A DNA stretch of 64,000 bases. It comes from the human T2T-CHM13v2.0 reference genome, Homo sapiens. Made by a program: the position numbers and the translations under genes. This document shows, one piece after another, positions 39,275 to 55,164 of the stretch. Each line of letters starts with the position of its first letter. Within the stretch, counting starts at the first letter, position 1. The stretch lies in NCBI RefSeq assembly GCF_009914755.1, contig NC_060928.1; one strand, given 5' to 3'. The notes below the pieces were generated by a model, which was not told the DNA's origin, ran no database searches, and worked only from the letters and a program-made list of their open reading frames with translations.

Positions 39275-39702
39275 CGGAAATGTTGACTGTGATTAGGGCA
39301 GGAATAAGGGATTGCCAGGGTTCTCAGCTCAGACTCATCCTCAGACTGCCAAAATCTACCACAACGTCTAACAAAATTTCTATATTTTCTTTAAATCATG
39401 AATTGAAGTTTCCTTTCAGCTATTTGCCCTGATCATCTCATTTGCATTCCATACCCTTACCATGTATGTATTCAATCCGACACTTTCTGTTGGTGTGGCT
39501 AATCCTTCTGGATTTATGGGTGTATGTGGAATCATATCAAATCCTCCGCTCTTACTAGAATGCTCTGAAAATGATAAATGGCTAATAATATTTTAAAACA
39601 ACTTAAAATGTAAAGTTCACTTAGTAATTTAAATATACAGGTAGACACATTATAAGAAAACCATTATTGCTTTTCTAACCTAGATGACCAAAGGAAGACA
39701 AT

Positions 39703-42700
39703 GACAGATGATTGTATATTTTGTTTAATACTTGCATTGTTTCTATAGCGCAATTATAGCAATCTTTAAATTTACTTTCATTACAAATATTTGTCAAGTT
39801 TTGTTTCAGAAACATTTTTCCTACTCTCTTGCATCATGCACCCAGACACACTACAAAAAACTCATTCATAACACAGTAAGGGCAAACATTATTCATGTAA
39901 ACATCTTTCATTAATTTCCCATAATTTAAAAAAATCATAGAATTATAGATATTGAATAAGGCTCATAGTTTTAGTTCAAATTCCACAAGAGACCAAAGAT
40001 GCTCGTTAACCGTGATGGGGTTAACTTTTGGTTGCAATAAATGCTGAAAGCATACCCCTGGCTTCTACTTCTTCAACATACCTCACAACCTAATAAATGT
40101 ATTTCAGGATAAAGAGAGAACATAGAACACCCAGGAGGAAACTTTTGAAGAAGGGAGCTCAGAATCATGGACATAATTTTCCTATGTGATAAGCAGGTAT
40201 TACGTAGTCCCTGTAGCTTCCCAATACATGAATCAAGGTTAATTATCATAAACCAAAATGTAACCAAGTAGATATGTTGATACATTGGCATGTGTGTTCG
40301 TATTGCTACTATACACAGTGAAAATTTATCCTAATATGTATCATTTCATTATATCCAGGACCAAAGTGGAAAAAAAACCCCACTCAAGTTGAATATCATC
40401 ATAAAGGAGTTTTTGTTTGTTTGTTTTTTCAATAACATAAGAGTCAGGAGAGTTGGGAGGTATGTCCTAGGGATGTGATTGACTCTTGACATTTAACAAC
40501 TTTGAACAACTGTGTGTAAAGTCACAGACAGAGGAAGCAAGGATTTTTGTTATCGGAGGACGTCTCTCTCTCTGGTTGGAAGTTTGGTGCTTGGGTGCAT
40601 AGTCTTCCAGAGCTGAGACAGGAAATGTACTGTGCTGAGAAATGGGCCCCTTGCCAGATGCTCCCCTCTCCTTCCTCTCTGCGAGGCAGAAGTCAGAAGG
40701 TAGAGATTGCTGGCAAAACTGTGAAGTCCCACCCTGGGGTCTCAACCCCAACTCCACTGAGGGCAGCCTCCCTGACGTGTGTGACTAGGCAGTAAGGGTG
40801 GCGGTTGATGGCGGCCGGGAAACCGAGTTTCGAGGTTCACATGGCCAAGTCTGGCTTCTGATTCTGCTGCCCTGCAAAGAAATTGTGCTCCAGATAACTG
40901 CACCGGTGTCTCTAATGCCTCTGATTCACTCTCAGGCCCCTCAAAGGCCTGCAGTGATATCACTAAAAGGTGAACACACCTCCATTAGCACCTAACTTCC
41001 ACCAGGAAGCGGCTGAGGCACTGGGGAAGCCTACGAGCTCTCTCCACGTCAGGTGCAACAACGCCGAGGAAGTTGCTGAGAGTCAGAGTTATTGTAGGCT
41101 TTTGATTTTTAAAAATCAAAATTGATCTGCATTACATCTCAATAGACTCAGATAATTCTCACCAAAATTTTTGTAATGTGTTTAAGTAGCACTGGAATAA
41201 TTCAACTTCATTTAAATATATTCATTCTATCATGAAAATATTTCATACAAACATCTATTTACATACAAACACATTAAAATTTGTGAAAAGGGTTCCCACC
41301 CCTGTGGTTGTATGGCTTGAAATAGTTTCATTGCTTTGAATATGTACGCACACATTTGGCAAAAGAAAACTATTACAATTTAGTATTTTTAAAATTAAAA
41401 AAAGTGACAACGAGTTTCCAAATTCCTGAAGGGAAAGATAAAAGAAAAACAATAATAATCTATCAAGGTACCCCAAGTAGATGTAAATTTGATATACTTT
41501 GTGAACCTTTGATCTGTGGCAAATAAACATTACAACTGTCAGTCTTGCAACATAGTTTTGCTTGTTTTTCTAAAACAAAAGATATCTGGATTCTAAGTCA
41601 CTACTCTTAAGACAGAAGCTTGAGGCAACTGTTTTAAAACAAAGCAAAACAGAAAATGATACCTCTACCTTCTTGGAAGATTTTAAATGCATGTTGCAGT
41701 GAGTGATTTAAATTTTTATATATTAAATGAAATTTACGAAAAGTGCCACATACTGTCTCCTGGAGAAGACAACCCTTTAATTCACTGTTCACAATTAATG
41801 CAATTTTAATAGTTATATTTAAATGTTAAAAATTGTTACATTTGGCCTCATTGGCCTTTCTGGGTGGGTCGTTGGTGATAAGGAAATAGTTTTTCGAGTG
41901 TGAAGAACCCCCATAGGGCAAATAGGTTTAACTACAGTCCTAGACAGGTTCAAAGAGCTCTTGGAAAACTAATTTCCTTCTTAGTGTCTCAGGTAGATCA
42001 AGGATGAAGCAAGTTAAAATAAGAATAGGTACTACAAGACTCAAGAACTCCTCACTGCTTTCTTTTTGATCCCATCATTCCTTTGTGTCGGAAATTCAGT
42101 CTTTCCAGTTGTTTTTGTTAGTCCATTCAAATGTCCATTTGGGGACATGCTCCTACAGGTTAGTTCCTATTCCTAACTCTAACACAAGATAATATTTCAT
42201 CACAGAAAAGATGCTAAGGGAAGATCTGGTCATGCAGGAGTTGGACTGAGACAGCTCTGAGTGAATCTCCTTGAGATTACAGTGTCGCACACACACATAG
42301 GCTCCCGCTGTTTTTCAGGAGAGCATAAAGTTATTTCTTTATTCCCCACCACATGGAATCTTCCACGTCTGCTGTGATTCTGATGCGATGAAATGACCAG
42401 ATGCAGCGGCTTCCTGACACATTTCCTTCCCCAGCAGATGTAAAGTAGAAAAATACATTCTGAGTATTCTTTTCCACTTGCGTTTAGGTTCAAACGGGAA
42501 ACAAACCCTTCCGTCCTCAGCTGTTAATTCCTTATAGAACCTCCACTCCCTTGACTTCTTTCCCTACCTACAGAACTCAGTGAATCTCAAGCCTTACTCC
42601 GATTCCAACCTGCCACAGAGCCTTACATTTGGGAGTATGTGTGTGTGTGAGGGGAGGGGTGGGGAAGACAGAGCCAGAGACATAAGCAAACAGAGAGGCA

Positions 42701-45317
42701 CACACAGAGGAAAAGCCAGATGAGCAGAGTCCCAAAGACATGCACAGAGCCAGAGAGACTCAAGAAAGGTCAGTGCAGGGGACTTGGAACAGGGAACAGG
42801 AGAGGGCAGCTGGGGCTGCTGTTACCCAGGATGCCCAGGCGTTCTCACATATGCAGAGAGAAGAGGAAAGAGAGCCGGCCAGAGAAAGAAGAGCTGGAAG
42901 ACACAGAGAGTATGAAGAGAGTTGGGAGGAAGACATGGTGAGGCTCAGCGTGGATGCATTGCTTCCTCTGATTTGCGTGGAGGTCACAGACACACTGCTG
43001 AGTTTTAAGCTCAGAGTGTTACCATTCAATATCTCATCTGAAGAACTGATTAGCAGACTAATCACTACTTACAACTCTTCAATTCCTTCTATCCAATTTT
43101 GAAAAAAATTCCATTTGAATGGGATAATTAGAGTAGCCCCCCCTTAGGACGTAAATTGTACCCCACTGCAGCCAGGACCAGAATGCTATCACTCTCAGGA
43201 ATGAAATCATTCAGAGCATAGCTGCATCGGGGGCATGACCAGCACTATCCTCTCCCTGACCGCATTCCCTGACCTGGCTGCACAACCCACTTGATCGAGG
43301 TTAATGCAAGCCATCTTTCTCCTGAAGACAGTCACTCCCTTTGGGCACATTTAAATTAAAGCACCTATCAGAATGCAAGTCCAGAGGCCCTGGCCCATCC
43401 GTCACAGTGTATAGAACGGTCTCTTTCTACAGAGTAAGAGTGACCCTATCCTGGTGCCTTTAAATCTAAAAACTATTCAGTTCCTTTGGTGGGCAATCTT
43501 CCTGGAAGCACTGACAACTTCCTCTCATGGGTGAACCATTGGCTTAAGCTTTCAAGCAGGGATCCAACTGGATCTCCCTGAAACCACTGCCACCTAGCTG
43601 CAAAGCATGCAACCGGGTGCTCTAGGAAGCCTGGTGTTGCAAAGAAGGGAAGGGCAACTCTGTCAATGTGCCCAAGGGCCACCTGAAATGAAAGTCATGA
43701 GCAGCCTGGGATTAAGCACTTTTGTTGTAGTCTTCATAAAGCAATGTGCAACTGACAAGAAATAGCAAACTTCCTTCTGCCTATGTCCTCACTCTTCTTC
43801 CACTGAAGCCTTCTCTCATCAGCTGGAGCTCACTATCTGCTACAGCTTGGAAGGCCTTCGCTTTCCAGACCAAACTGACTCAGGTGACAGGAATCACAGC
43901 TGACAGCTACTGCTCTCCAGTCCTTCCAGCCGCTGCATCGAGGTGTCTAAAAGAGACAAAGCTATGGCATGTGGTGAGGGTGCTTATAAAAAACAAAACT
44001 CTCAGGATTCATTCAGAGCAATCCCAGTGATGTTACAGATCTAATTAGCTAAACTAAAAAAACAGGGGTTTTCTCCTTATTTCTGCAGTTGTGATTACAC
44101 ATGGCTGGCAAAATGGCTGAAATGCTATTGATAGTGTTGCTTTTAAACTATACAGGTGTTCAGTCTTAGTTTACAATGTTTTGAAGCAGGTAAGTGCTTT
44201 GAAATTACAATGATGAAGAGTTTTAGCATCAAGGTTTGATTTGTACCTAGTAATCAGTGTGTCTGCCTTAGTAGTACTGACTAAAAAAATTTTTTTTTGA
44301 ATTCTGTTAGAATTCAAATTTGCTGTTTGACTTTTGAATTCAATGCACTGTGCCACAAGCCTGACCGCGCTATGTTATGTACATTTAATGTGTACTCAAG
44401 GAGGAAAAAATTACTAGCACTACTGAAAATATTGCAAAATTGCCATAGTTACCGCTTAGAGATACTAGTTTTCTTCTCTTCTTTCTTAAAGTATATATTA
44501 CAACTCTTCCATAACTTAATGCAAACAAAGTAAATTCATTTCTTCTCACATCTTAAAGCAAAGATATCTTTGTTTACATGCGAGAATAATATTCTATAAT
44601 AATACCCTGGCCCTATGAGCCAGTACTTTATATTAGGACATAATAATAAAATGATGATATAGAAAGAACCAGAGAGACCTACACACTGCTATTGATGCAA
44701 AAATCCATTTGGAAGTTTTCTCTTGTAAAGGGTATCTAAGAAAGAGAATAGGGCTGAGGGGTGAAATGACTTTAGAAGTGGGCTCCTATTTACTAAGAAA
44801 AAAACCAAAGCCATTCTATTGCAAGATACAGATCAAAGGTTAAAAGGCAAATTATACTACATTTAGAGAATAAAGATGTAGTAATTGTCAACCCTTAATA
44901 CGGCACATATGCAAGTGTGCTAACACAATTTGCACTGGCCATAGGAAAAAAGCACTATGGAAAAACCACTGACTAAAAATGACTGAAAAACCCCGTTTCC
45001 CTGTTTCAGTCTAATCATTTGGCATCTCCGAATGTGGTACAGATTTAGACTTGAACCACCAAAGAACATCACGCTGTCTTATGTCAAATGCTCGACAATA
45101 CCTCTCAGTAGGACGTTGTTGCAAGGCTAGCTAATTTTAAATCTGGTATGAGTAATACAGTCAAACCTAGTTAGTATGCGAGAAAGTCGTTGCTAACGCA
45201 TGGTGAGAGGATGTGACGTCACAGCATGAGCAGTCCCTGGTTGTCCCATTGTCAGATAAACGTAGTGCATAGATCCAAGTTTCTATTCCAGGTCTCTGAA
45301 CCCCAAAGCCAGGCCTT
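39703..45317 (-). other. SETD7: SETD7 long 3' UTR (distal end approximate)
   Basis: Repeat-poor unique sequence from the stop codon to ATTAAA. Confidence 0.7.
39724..39729 (-). terminator. SETD7: Probable main SETD7 polyadenylation signal (ATTAAA)
   Basis: tttaat on +; U/GU-rich minus-strand sequence follows; consistent with my recollection of a roughly 7 kb mRNA. Confidence 0.6.
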
Positions 45318-45498
45318 TCACTTTTGCTGGGTGGCCTGGAAGGCCTTCAGCTCCACCTGGTACCACTCAGGGGCTTCAGGCCCACTCTTCCCGGGGGGGC
45401 TGTGGTCATAGCCATAGGCAACGGTGAGCTCTTCATCGGCCTCCACTGCTCTCAGGGTGCGGATGCATTTGATGGGCCCAAAACGGGGGTGGACAAAC
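45318..45498 (-). CDS. SETD7: SETD7 last coding exon (exon 8)
   Basis: Acceptor gatgtttag|G; (M)FVHPRFGPIKCIRTLRAVEADEELTVAYGYDHSPPGKSGPEAPEWYQVELKAFQATQQK*, including the SET motif ELxxxY. Confidence 0.98.
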
Positions 45499-45609
45499 CT
45501 AAACATCAAGATGCACACAGTCATTCCCGGGCCAGACCAGGAGGTTGGAAGCAAAGGCTAGGGAGGGGCTGATACAGGAATCACCCCCAGGCACTCTTCC
45601 CTGGGCACA

Positions 45610-45772
45610 CCTGGTATGTGCCCAAAGTGTGGTCACCCAGCATCAGTTTCACCCGAGAGCTTATTAGACATGGAGCATCTCGGCCCCATCCCAGACCTGC
45701 TGGATTGCAATCTGCATTTTAGCGACACCCCCAGGCGATCCACTGGTGTATTAAAGTTTGAAAAGCACTGCT
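45610..45772. mobile_element. MER5A hAT DNA element
   Basis: caaagtgtggtc...gcatcag...ggccccatcccagacctgctg...aatctgcatttt...aaagtttgaaaagcactg. Confidence 0.8.
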
Positions 45773-46277
45773 CTGTTTTTTAAAGCATATTTGGCACCTT
45801 GCATTTATAAACCAACAATCATGATCAACAACAAAAATCTGTCGTTAATGAGAAATCAGATCCAGTGCAGCCCGCCAGCATTTGAGCTTGTCTGGCCAGC
45901 AGCATCAGATTACGTGGCTGTATCTCAGGGAGAAGGCTTCACCAGAGTGCTTTTGGAGTTGTAAGAAAGAGCCCTGTGGATTTTCAAAGGCAAAAACTCT
46001 GTATTCCACCCTATACATAGAGAGGAAATATTATTTTCTAGCATGAAAGTAGATGAAGATTTCTTCCCAAGAGGGAAGTCTAGACCTCTCTGCCAACCTG
46101 TTTATTTAGTATTTCCCTGTGAAGCATCCTATGAAGAGAGCAGTATCTCCTTCCTACAACAAGTCCTCTTGGGACCAGAAACGAGGTTAACACTATGGCT
46201 ATGTTCATTTGCCGAAGGCTCCCAATCCTGTTCATCTGCACAGCTCCCTGCAGAACAGGCAGATAAATAAGCAATAA

Positions 46278-46708
<431 letters not shown>

Positions 46709-46770
46709 TTTATAGTCATATTTTGCACAAAGGGTTGGTGAGACAGCAAAGGAGAAGGTTCCAGGCCCTA

Positions 46771-47212
<442 letters not shown>

Positions 47213-47639
47213 TTACCTCACACCAAAGGGGCCTCTATGTCCACCCTCTTGGGTATCATATCATGTTTTGTGGAAAGGACACTTGGTGTCAGAAGACTTT
47301 GGTGTGAGTCCTGATTCAACACATTTTTACTGCATCCTCTTGGAAAGTTCACCTTATATCTCTGAATCTCACTTTCCTCATCTGTAAAATCATGATAATA
47401 CTAGTAATAGTTATCCCATAGGGTCTTTGTCATGACAAAATGGGGTCACATATAGAAAGCACCTTATACAGTGCCTGGCACAAAGTAGGATTCAACTAAT
47501 ATTGGTTACTGCCTGCCTGTGAGCATGCATGTGTGAACACAAAAGTGAACAGTTATCAGCCTGTACTCCACCACAAAGAGATGCGTGGACTGTGGATTCA
47601 GGAATTCCTTATGAAAATCACAACTCTTTGCTTAAATTA

Positions 47640-47944
<305 letters not shown>

Positions 47945-48535
47945 TTAAAGTAAATTAACATATTTCACTAAAAAAAATGTTCCTGAAATACAGGTTGGTT
48001 AACCTCTGGTACACTGAAAAAAAACCAAAAAACAGACCCTGTGTTGAATTTCCAGGCCTAGAGCTTCTCTTATAATCCTCTTTTATTTACATTTTCCTGT
48101 TCATTATCATCATCATTTTCAGAGTGTAGATAAGGGACAGACTGAAAAGAAAGAATTCAATTTCAGGTGTTGATTGTTGAAGATGACCCAAAGGCACAGT
48201 GGTTAAGAGCCTTAACTGCTCTGCCTTGGAGACCTGCTTTTCCTGTCTGTGATCTCAATGGTGATAGCAGTGGCCTCACTGAGTTACTGGGAGGACTGAA
48301 TGAGACAATGCATGAAGAGCATCTAGCACAGCACCAGCCCGTAGTGAGTGGTCTATAAACGTGAGCTACACGATTAGCAGTCAAACCAAACCTCTGTGCC
48401 AAGTGGCTTAGCCTCTTGTCTACAGGTTGTCTAGGAAAGCAGCTCTTATCTATTTGTCCATTTGGCATTTTGTACTAGATTGCGTTTCAAACAGCTTATG
48501 GAAGTGTTTTGTTTATGTTAAAGTGTACATATCAG

Positions 48536-48837
<302 letters not shown>

Positions 48838-49794
48838 GGGTACATATCAATACCAATGATTTTTGAAACAAATGAATACCATAAATTGGTATCTGAATTT
48901 CATATTTGGTTATTATTCAAGTAGTCTTCTCATTACCCCAAATAACTAAGATTTGGTCACCCTGGGCTTGCTTGCAAACAAACTAACAAACAACAATAAA
49001 CAAAATGAAAACCTGCAGAGTACAGGGACTTGGTTTTGTACAAATGAAATCTTCTCTTGTCTCCTGTGCTGTCTTCCTTTTGGTGAGAAAAATCATGTCC
49101 TTGCAATGAAATCAACAACCTGGTTTGTTTTAAAGGAGTAGTCTTAAGTAGCATTTATGATTGTTTGTTACCACCCCTTTAAAGGGTTGTTGTTAAGCTG
49201 TGTGCAGCTTGGAATGACACTTTGGCCTAATTCACCCTGGCCATGAAAGCCTTGGAGTTAATCACAGTGTCAGTTTCATTTCACATGACACATGTCCTTT
49301 GCCATTTCTACCCGTCCTTTAAACAGAAGTTGTAGCTTCAGTGCTTGTTAAGGGCTGCCAAGGAGAGCAAGTCGTTGCCAGGAAAATTTTTAAGCCATTT
49401 CAAGGATGCAGGGATGGACATTCTTGAGGAACCTCCAAATCCTGGCAATTTGCCTACAGATTAAATGCACATGATCTGATTTTGCTTATGCTAACAAGCA
49501 AGATGACCGAGGGACTGCAAGCTATAACTGAACAGAAAAGGTTGCAGGCAGCTCACTGGCTCCCAGGAAGAGCTGGCATTCTCAGGCCAAGCTAAGGAGA
49601 GCAACGATGATGGCACAAAGAATCCCAATTATATCCTCTAGAGCACAGTCAGAGATGTTTGGCTTTGGGAAGAACACGTTCAGGGGTCATGTAAAAACTA
49701 CTAAAGTGTTTGTAGGGCTACCATGTAAAAGAGAGTCTGACATGGGACACAGGAAAAAAAGGGAGACAATTAGAGCCAAGGGCTGAATATTTCA

Positions 49795-50189
<395 letters not shown>

Positions 50190-50309
50190 TCATTTGTCTA
50201 TTTGTCTGGACCTTTGTGGATAATGTAAGCTCCACACCAATGGAGGTTTCCAAGAAGAGGTTCAATGAGCAGATGGAAGAGAAGGCTCAAACTCTAAGAG
50301 GATTATTTG

Positions 50310-50735
50310 ATTTTTTAAAAAAAAACAGCTTTGTTAATATATAATTTATATACAGAGTATAAATATATGTACTCCTTTATATATATTTACCTTTTGAAGT
50401 AGATAATTCAGTGGCCTTTCAACCACTGAATATCACAAATACATACAAAATTCGGCAACCATCACCATCATCTAATTTTAGAACACCCGCCTTAGAACAT
50501 TTTAATCAGTCCAAAATGAGACTGCAGTGAGATCCCATACCCATTAGCACACACTCCTTATCACCCCTCCCCAGCCCTAGGGAACCACTAATCTACTTTC
50601 TATCTCTGTGGATTTCCTACATTTTGGACATTTCATATAAATGGAATCATACATCTTTCACTTAGCATAGTGTCTACAATTCTCATCCATGTTGTAGAAT
50701 ATGTCAGTACTTCATTCCTTTTTAGTATCAAATAA
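50310..50735 (-). mobile_element. L1M (L1MB/ME-type) 3' end
   Basis: ggaaccactaatctactttctatctctgtggatt...ggacatttcatataaatggaatcatac. Confidence 0.8.
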
Positions 50736-50823
50736 TAGGGACTCTGATTTTATAGGTCTTTTCCAACGCTGAGATGTCATGCCCTAGGCTTAGGACTTTA
50801 TTTTCCTTCTTTCTTTCACATCA

Positions 50824-51139
<316 letters not shown>

Positions 51140-51513
51140 TCATCTTCTCCACTGTGCAGAGTAATTTAAATTTTTACTATTATTTCAAATAACACTATCT
51201 TTAATTGTCCAAAACGAGAAAACTGAAGGACAAGAAAAGCGGCTATAAAACAGCAACCCCTCGGTGTGGTATACTATTTCCATACCATTTCTCCTCTTCA
51301 AAGCACTTTCCATTTCTTAGATTGCCAAAGCCACAGAGTGAGGCTGTTTAGATTTTGAGTTTCAAGTCATAACCCTGAGGCCGATAGCAGAGGACCCATG
51401 GTCATTCAGATGAAGCAGCCTTTATCTGAGGCAGAATAACACTTTTTACTGCCCTCCTCCGTCTCAGGGCCCTGAGGCATAGATCCGCCCCAGCAGCTCT
51501 GGGTAATACTTAC

Positions 51514-51671
51514 ATATCGTAGATGCAGTTTGGAGTGAAGGAGTGATTTGCCTTGTGTCCCAAGGAGGCACAGTACTTGGATACGTGGTTATAGGGCTCA
51601 GGCACATCAATGACCGTTTCTTCATCAAGGGAGAGGGTGTTCCCATTAAGGGCCCAGTCCCTGCTGTCAAC
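51514..51671 (-). CDS. SETD7: SETD7 exon 7 (158 nt)
   Basis: ttttctgcag|GTT...GAT AT|gtaagt; VDSRDWALNGNTLSLDEETVIDVPEPYNHVSKYCASLGHKANHSFTPNCIYD, containing the SET NHS motif. Confidence 0.98.
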
Positions 51672-51754
51672 CTGCAGAAAACAAGAAAGCGAGCCTTAGA
51701 GAGGACCTTTCTCCCCAAAGGTCAAAGGACATCAGAGATATTAACTCATTTATC

Positions 51755-52085
<331 letters not shown>

Positions 52086-53905
52086 TGAAATAAAACAAAA
52101 CAAAACAAGGCATGTCTCCACACACTGAGAGTGCAAATGACATGTGTGGTCAGTGCCAGGCAGCTCGACTTAACTATTTATTCATTTTTCCTTGTTCTAT
52201 ATGAAAAAAAAGGATTTAAAGTCCCTGATGAAAACACACACAAATATAACTGGATAGCTTGTATTAAAAGTAGATAAAGAAGAGGAGGCAAAAGAAAAAA
52301 AAACAAAGTAAGAACACAAATGGAACCAGAAATGTAAGGGATGCAAGAATGTACTCTAGGCAAGTCCTCCACCTTTGTTACAGGTGGGAAATCACTGTGA
52401 CCAGGAGGCAGCCATCGATTACCAGCATGCCTTCTTATCTACAACAGGGGTTACTAACAGTGTAACAATCAGGCTTCTCTTCTCCAAACCACTCCTGATG
52501 AACTCACCCCAGGAGCTGGTGATGACAGCAGCCCAGCCTTTTGAAGCCAACAGGATGACATTTTCATACAAAACTGTTGACTCTCAAGGTATACCATTTC
52601 CCCCACTATTAAATTGTAATTGTGCTTTTATTCATATGTGATAGTCCCTCAACTGATGTTTACTAAGCGGTACCATGTGCCGGGCACTCTTCTAGGTGCA
52701 GGGGATACAGCAGTGATCAAAAGTGGAAAAAAGCCTCATGGACCTTAATATTCAAAACCAGTCATGTGATACTGATATGTGGCACTTGGTACCATCTACC
52801 TTAGGCTGCCATTAGTTGTGTATTTTTCTTATCTCCCCAACAGAATCTAAATTTCATTAGGGCAAGAAGGGTGTCACATTCATTTATACAATAGAGCATA
52901 TTGAGGTTCAGCACAAAGCCAGATTCTGCAGTTTGAAATCCTACTTGAACTCTGCTATTTGCTGTATTTTTGACTTTAAGCAAGTTGTGTAATCTCTCTA
53001 GGCTTCCGTTTCCCTATCTGTAAAATGAGTAAGTAAATCATATATCAATATCCCAAAGTCACCCTTTGTATGCTGAATTTCTCTGGATTGCTGACAGAAG
53101 TCTGGCCTTTGCATGGGACGTAGTCTGACAGACCATAGTGCAGTTTGAATACGTCGCCCTCTTTTGCCTGTGCAACTGCTTTGAAAGTGTAATAACTTTA
53201 TTATTATTTCACAGCATTTTCCCTCTTACTGTTCCACCGGAATAAATGCAAAGGTGAACATAAATGTGGAATATTAGCCATAAGCTTAAGGTCCCATACA
53301 CGTAATATAAGTCAGACAAGGAAGGAGCGCATAAGCTGTGCTAAAAACATTGAACTTTTGCCCTTAGGCAGACACTTAGGGAAATTAACTGTAAAGTGAA
53401 GAAACAAAAACAGAAAACATATATGAAGCCTTTGACATATATCAAAGATTGTATCTTAAAGGTAAGAGGTGATTCAACTCTTTAACATTTTGTTTTTAAT
53501 TTTTTTGACAAAAGAACTCTTCCTGACAAAATGTAGGATATAGTATAGCATGGCTTTTGCACAAGAAGATGTAAGGGGCCTTCCTATAAAGCACCCCACC
53601 CAAGGTCATGAGTTAGTTATTTACAGAGTCTGACTGGATCTCAATTTTTAAGACATTGGTACAGTCTAATATACCAATTACTGTCTTATTGATGGCATTA
53701 CCCCACTCTCTATAAAATAGCTCTGGAACTTTTAAAAAAAATCGTATTAAGGCTTAAAATAAAGAGGATGAAAATGTCCAATCATTTTTACAAAAAAGCC
53801 AATCTGCTTCTTTAACTTTCTAGTGAGTACTAAGGTAAAGGGATTTTGTTTGAAGCAAAGCCCTTTAACCAACAAAGTTGATTTTCCACTGTCAGCCCCA
53901 CTCAC

Positions 53906-54023
53906 CTCTTGGTGTGTAATTCGAACTCCATTATAAAAAGACATAACAGTATTAGGTCCCACAGCTACCTTTGAAAAAAGTCCTTCTCCAGCACTGGAAA
54001 TAAGAGATTCAGCAACATAAACC
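53906..54023 (-). CDS. SETD7: SETD7 exon 6 (118 nt)
   Basis: tttcaatttag|G...CAA GAG|gtgagt; (R)VYVAESLISSAGEGLFSKVAVGPNTVMSFYNGVRITHQE, with the GxG motif and Y245. Confidence 0.98.
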
Positions 54024-54532
54024 CTAAATTGAAAAAAGAGTTGAATAGTGACCTTTTCAGCTTAATATGTCATTCCTTACATCAACTGCCAAAATATCAT
54101 TAAGGCTACTGATTCCAAAATGTCAATTCATAACCCAACTAAGAAGGGAGGGAGGAAGAAAAAGTTAAACCACAATATTTTGGCATTGGAAATTAAACAA
54201 ACGGTAGTTATGTCTCTTTTAGGAGTGGTGTTTAAAATTTGCTTTCTAATATAGAAATTATCATTATATTTTCATAAAGATGCTCAGTGCTTGATATGAG
54301 GTATTTTTTGGAAGAATTTTATGTTTTTAGTTGATGACAATTTTCACTGCCTTACTGGACAAGTAAACATTTTTTCAAAGTTAATTAAAGCTATATCTAA
54401 GTTTGTCAGTGTTAGATGGGAGGGAAAGGAGGCTGTTTTAGTTAAGCCTCAAGATGTATCTTCTATATGCAACAGTGACAAACAATTAATAAGATATATC
54501 CAATAAGCATTTCCCAGCAAAAGGGTTCATAA

Positions 54533-54754
54533 CAGGGGTCAGTTAACTATGGCCTGAGGGTCCAGTCTGGCTGCTGCTCATTTTTGTAAGTAAAGTTTTA
54601 TTGGGACACAGCCATACCCGTTTGCTTAGTATTGCCTATGACTGCTTTAGCTCTACAAAGGCAGAATTGAGTAGTTGCAACAGATATTATATGGCTTGCA
54701 AAGCCTAAAATATTTACTATGTGGCCCTTTACAGAAAAAGTTTGCCAACCACTG
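54533..54754. mobile_element. MER58A-like hAT MITE
   Basis: caggggtcag...aaaaagtttgccaaccactg; 8-bp TSD gttcataa / gtttataa. Confidence 0.88.
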
Positions 54755-54759
54755 GTTTA

Positions 54760-55073
<314 letters not shown>

Positions 55074-55164
55074 GCGCTCATAATTACGGAACTGGATTTA
55101 ACCAGACGCTGGGATGGAATGACCCTACAGGAACTGATCATCTGTAATTTTAGTTACATGGCTC

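Noticed and set aside
45499-45554. N-terminal extensions and read-through tails of SETD7 ORFs in the track (also 53747-53905 and 62599-62651)
   Set aside because: These are intronic continuations beyond canonical AG/GT splice sites.
50406-50431. attcagtgg...ccactgaat inverted repeat
   Set aside because: Only 9-bp arms inside an old L1 end; weak on its own.
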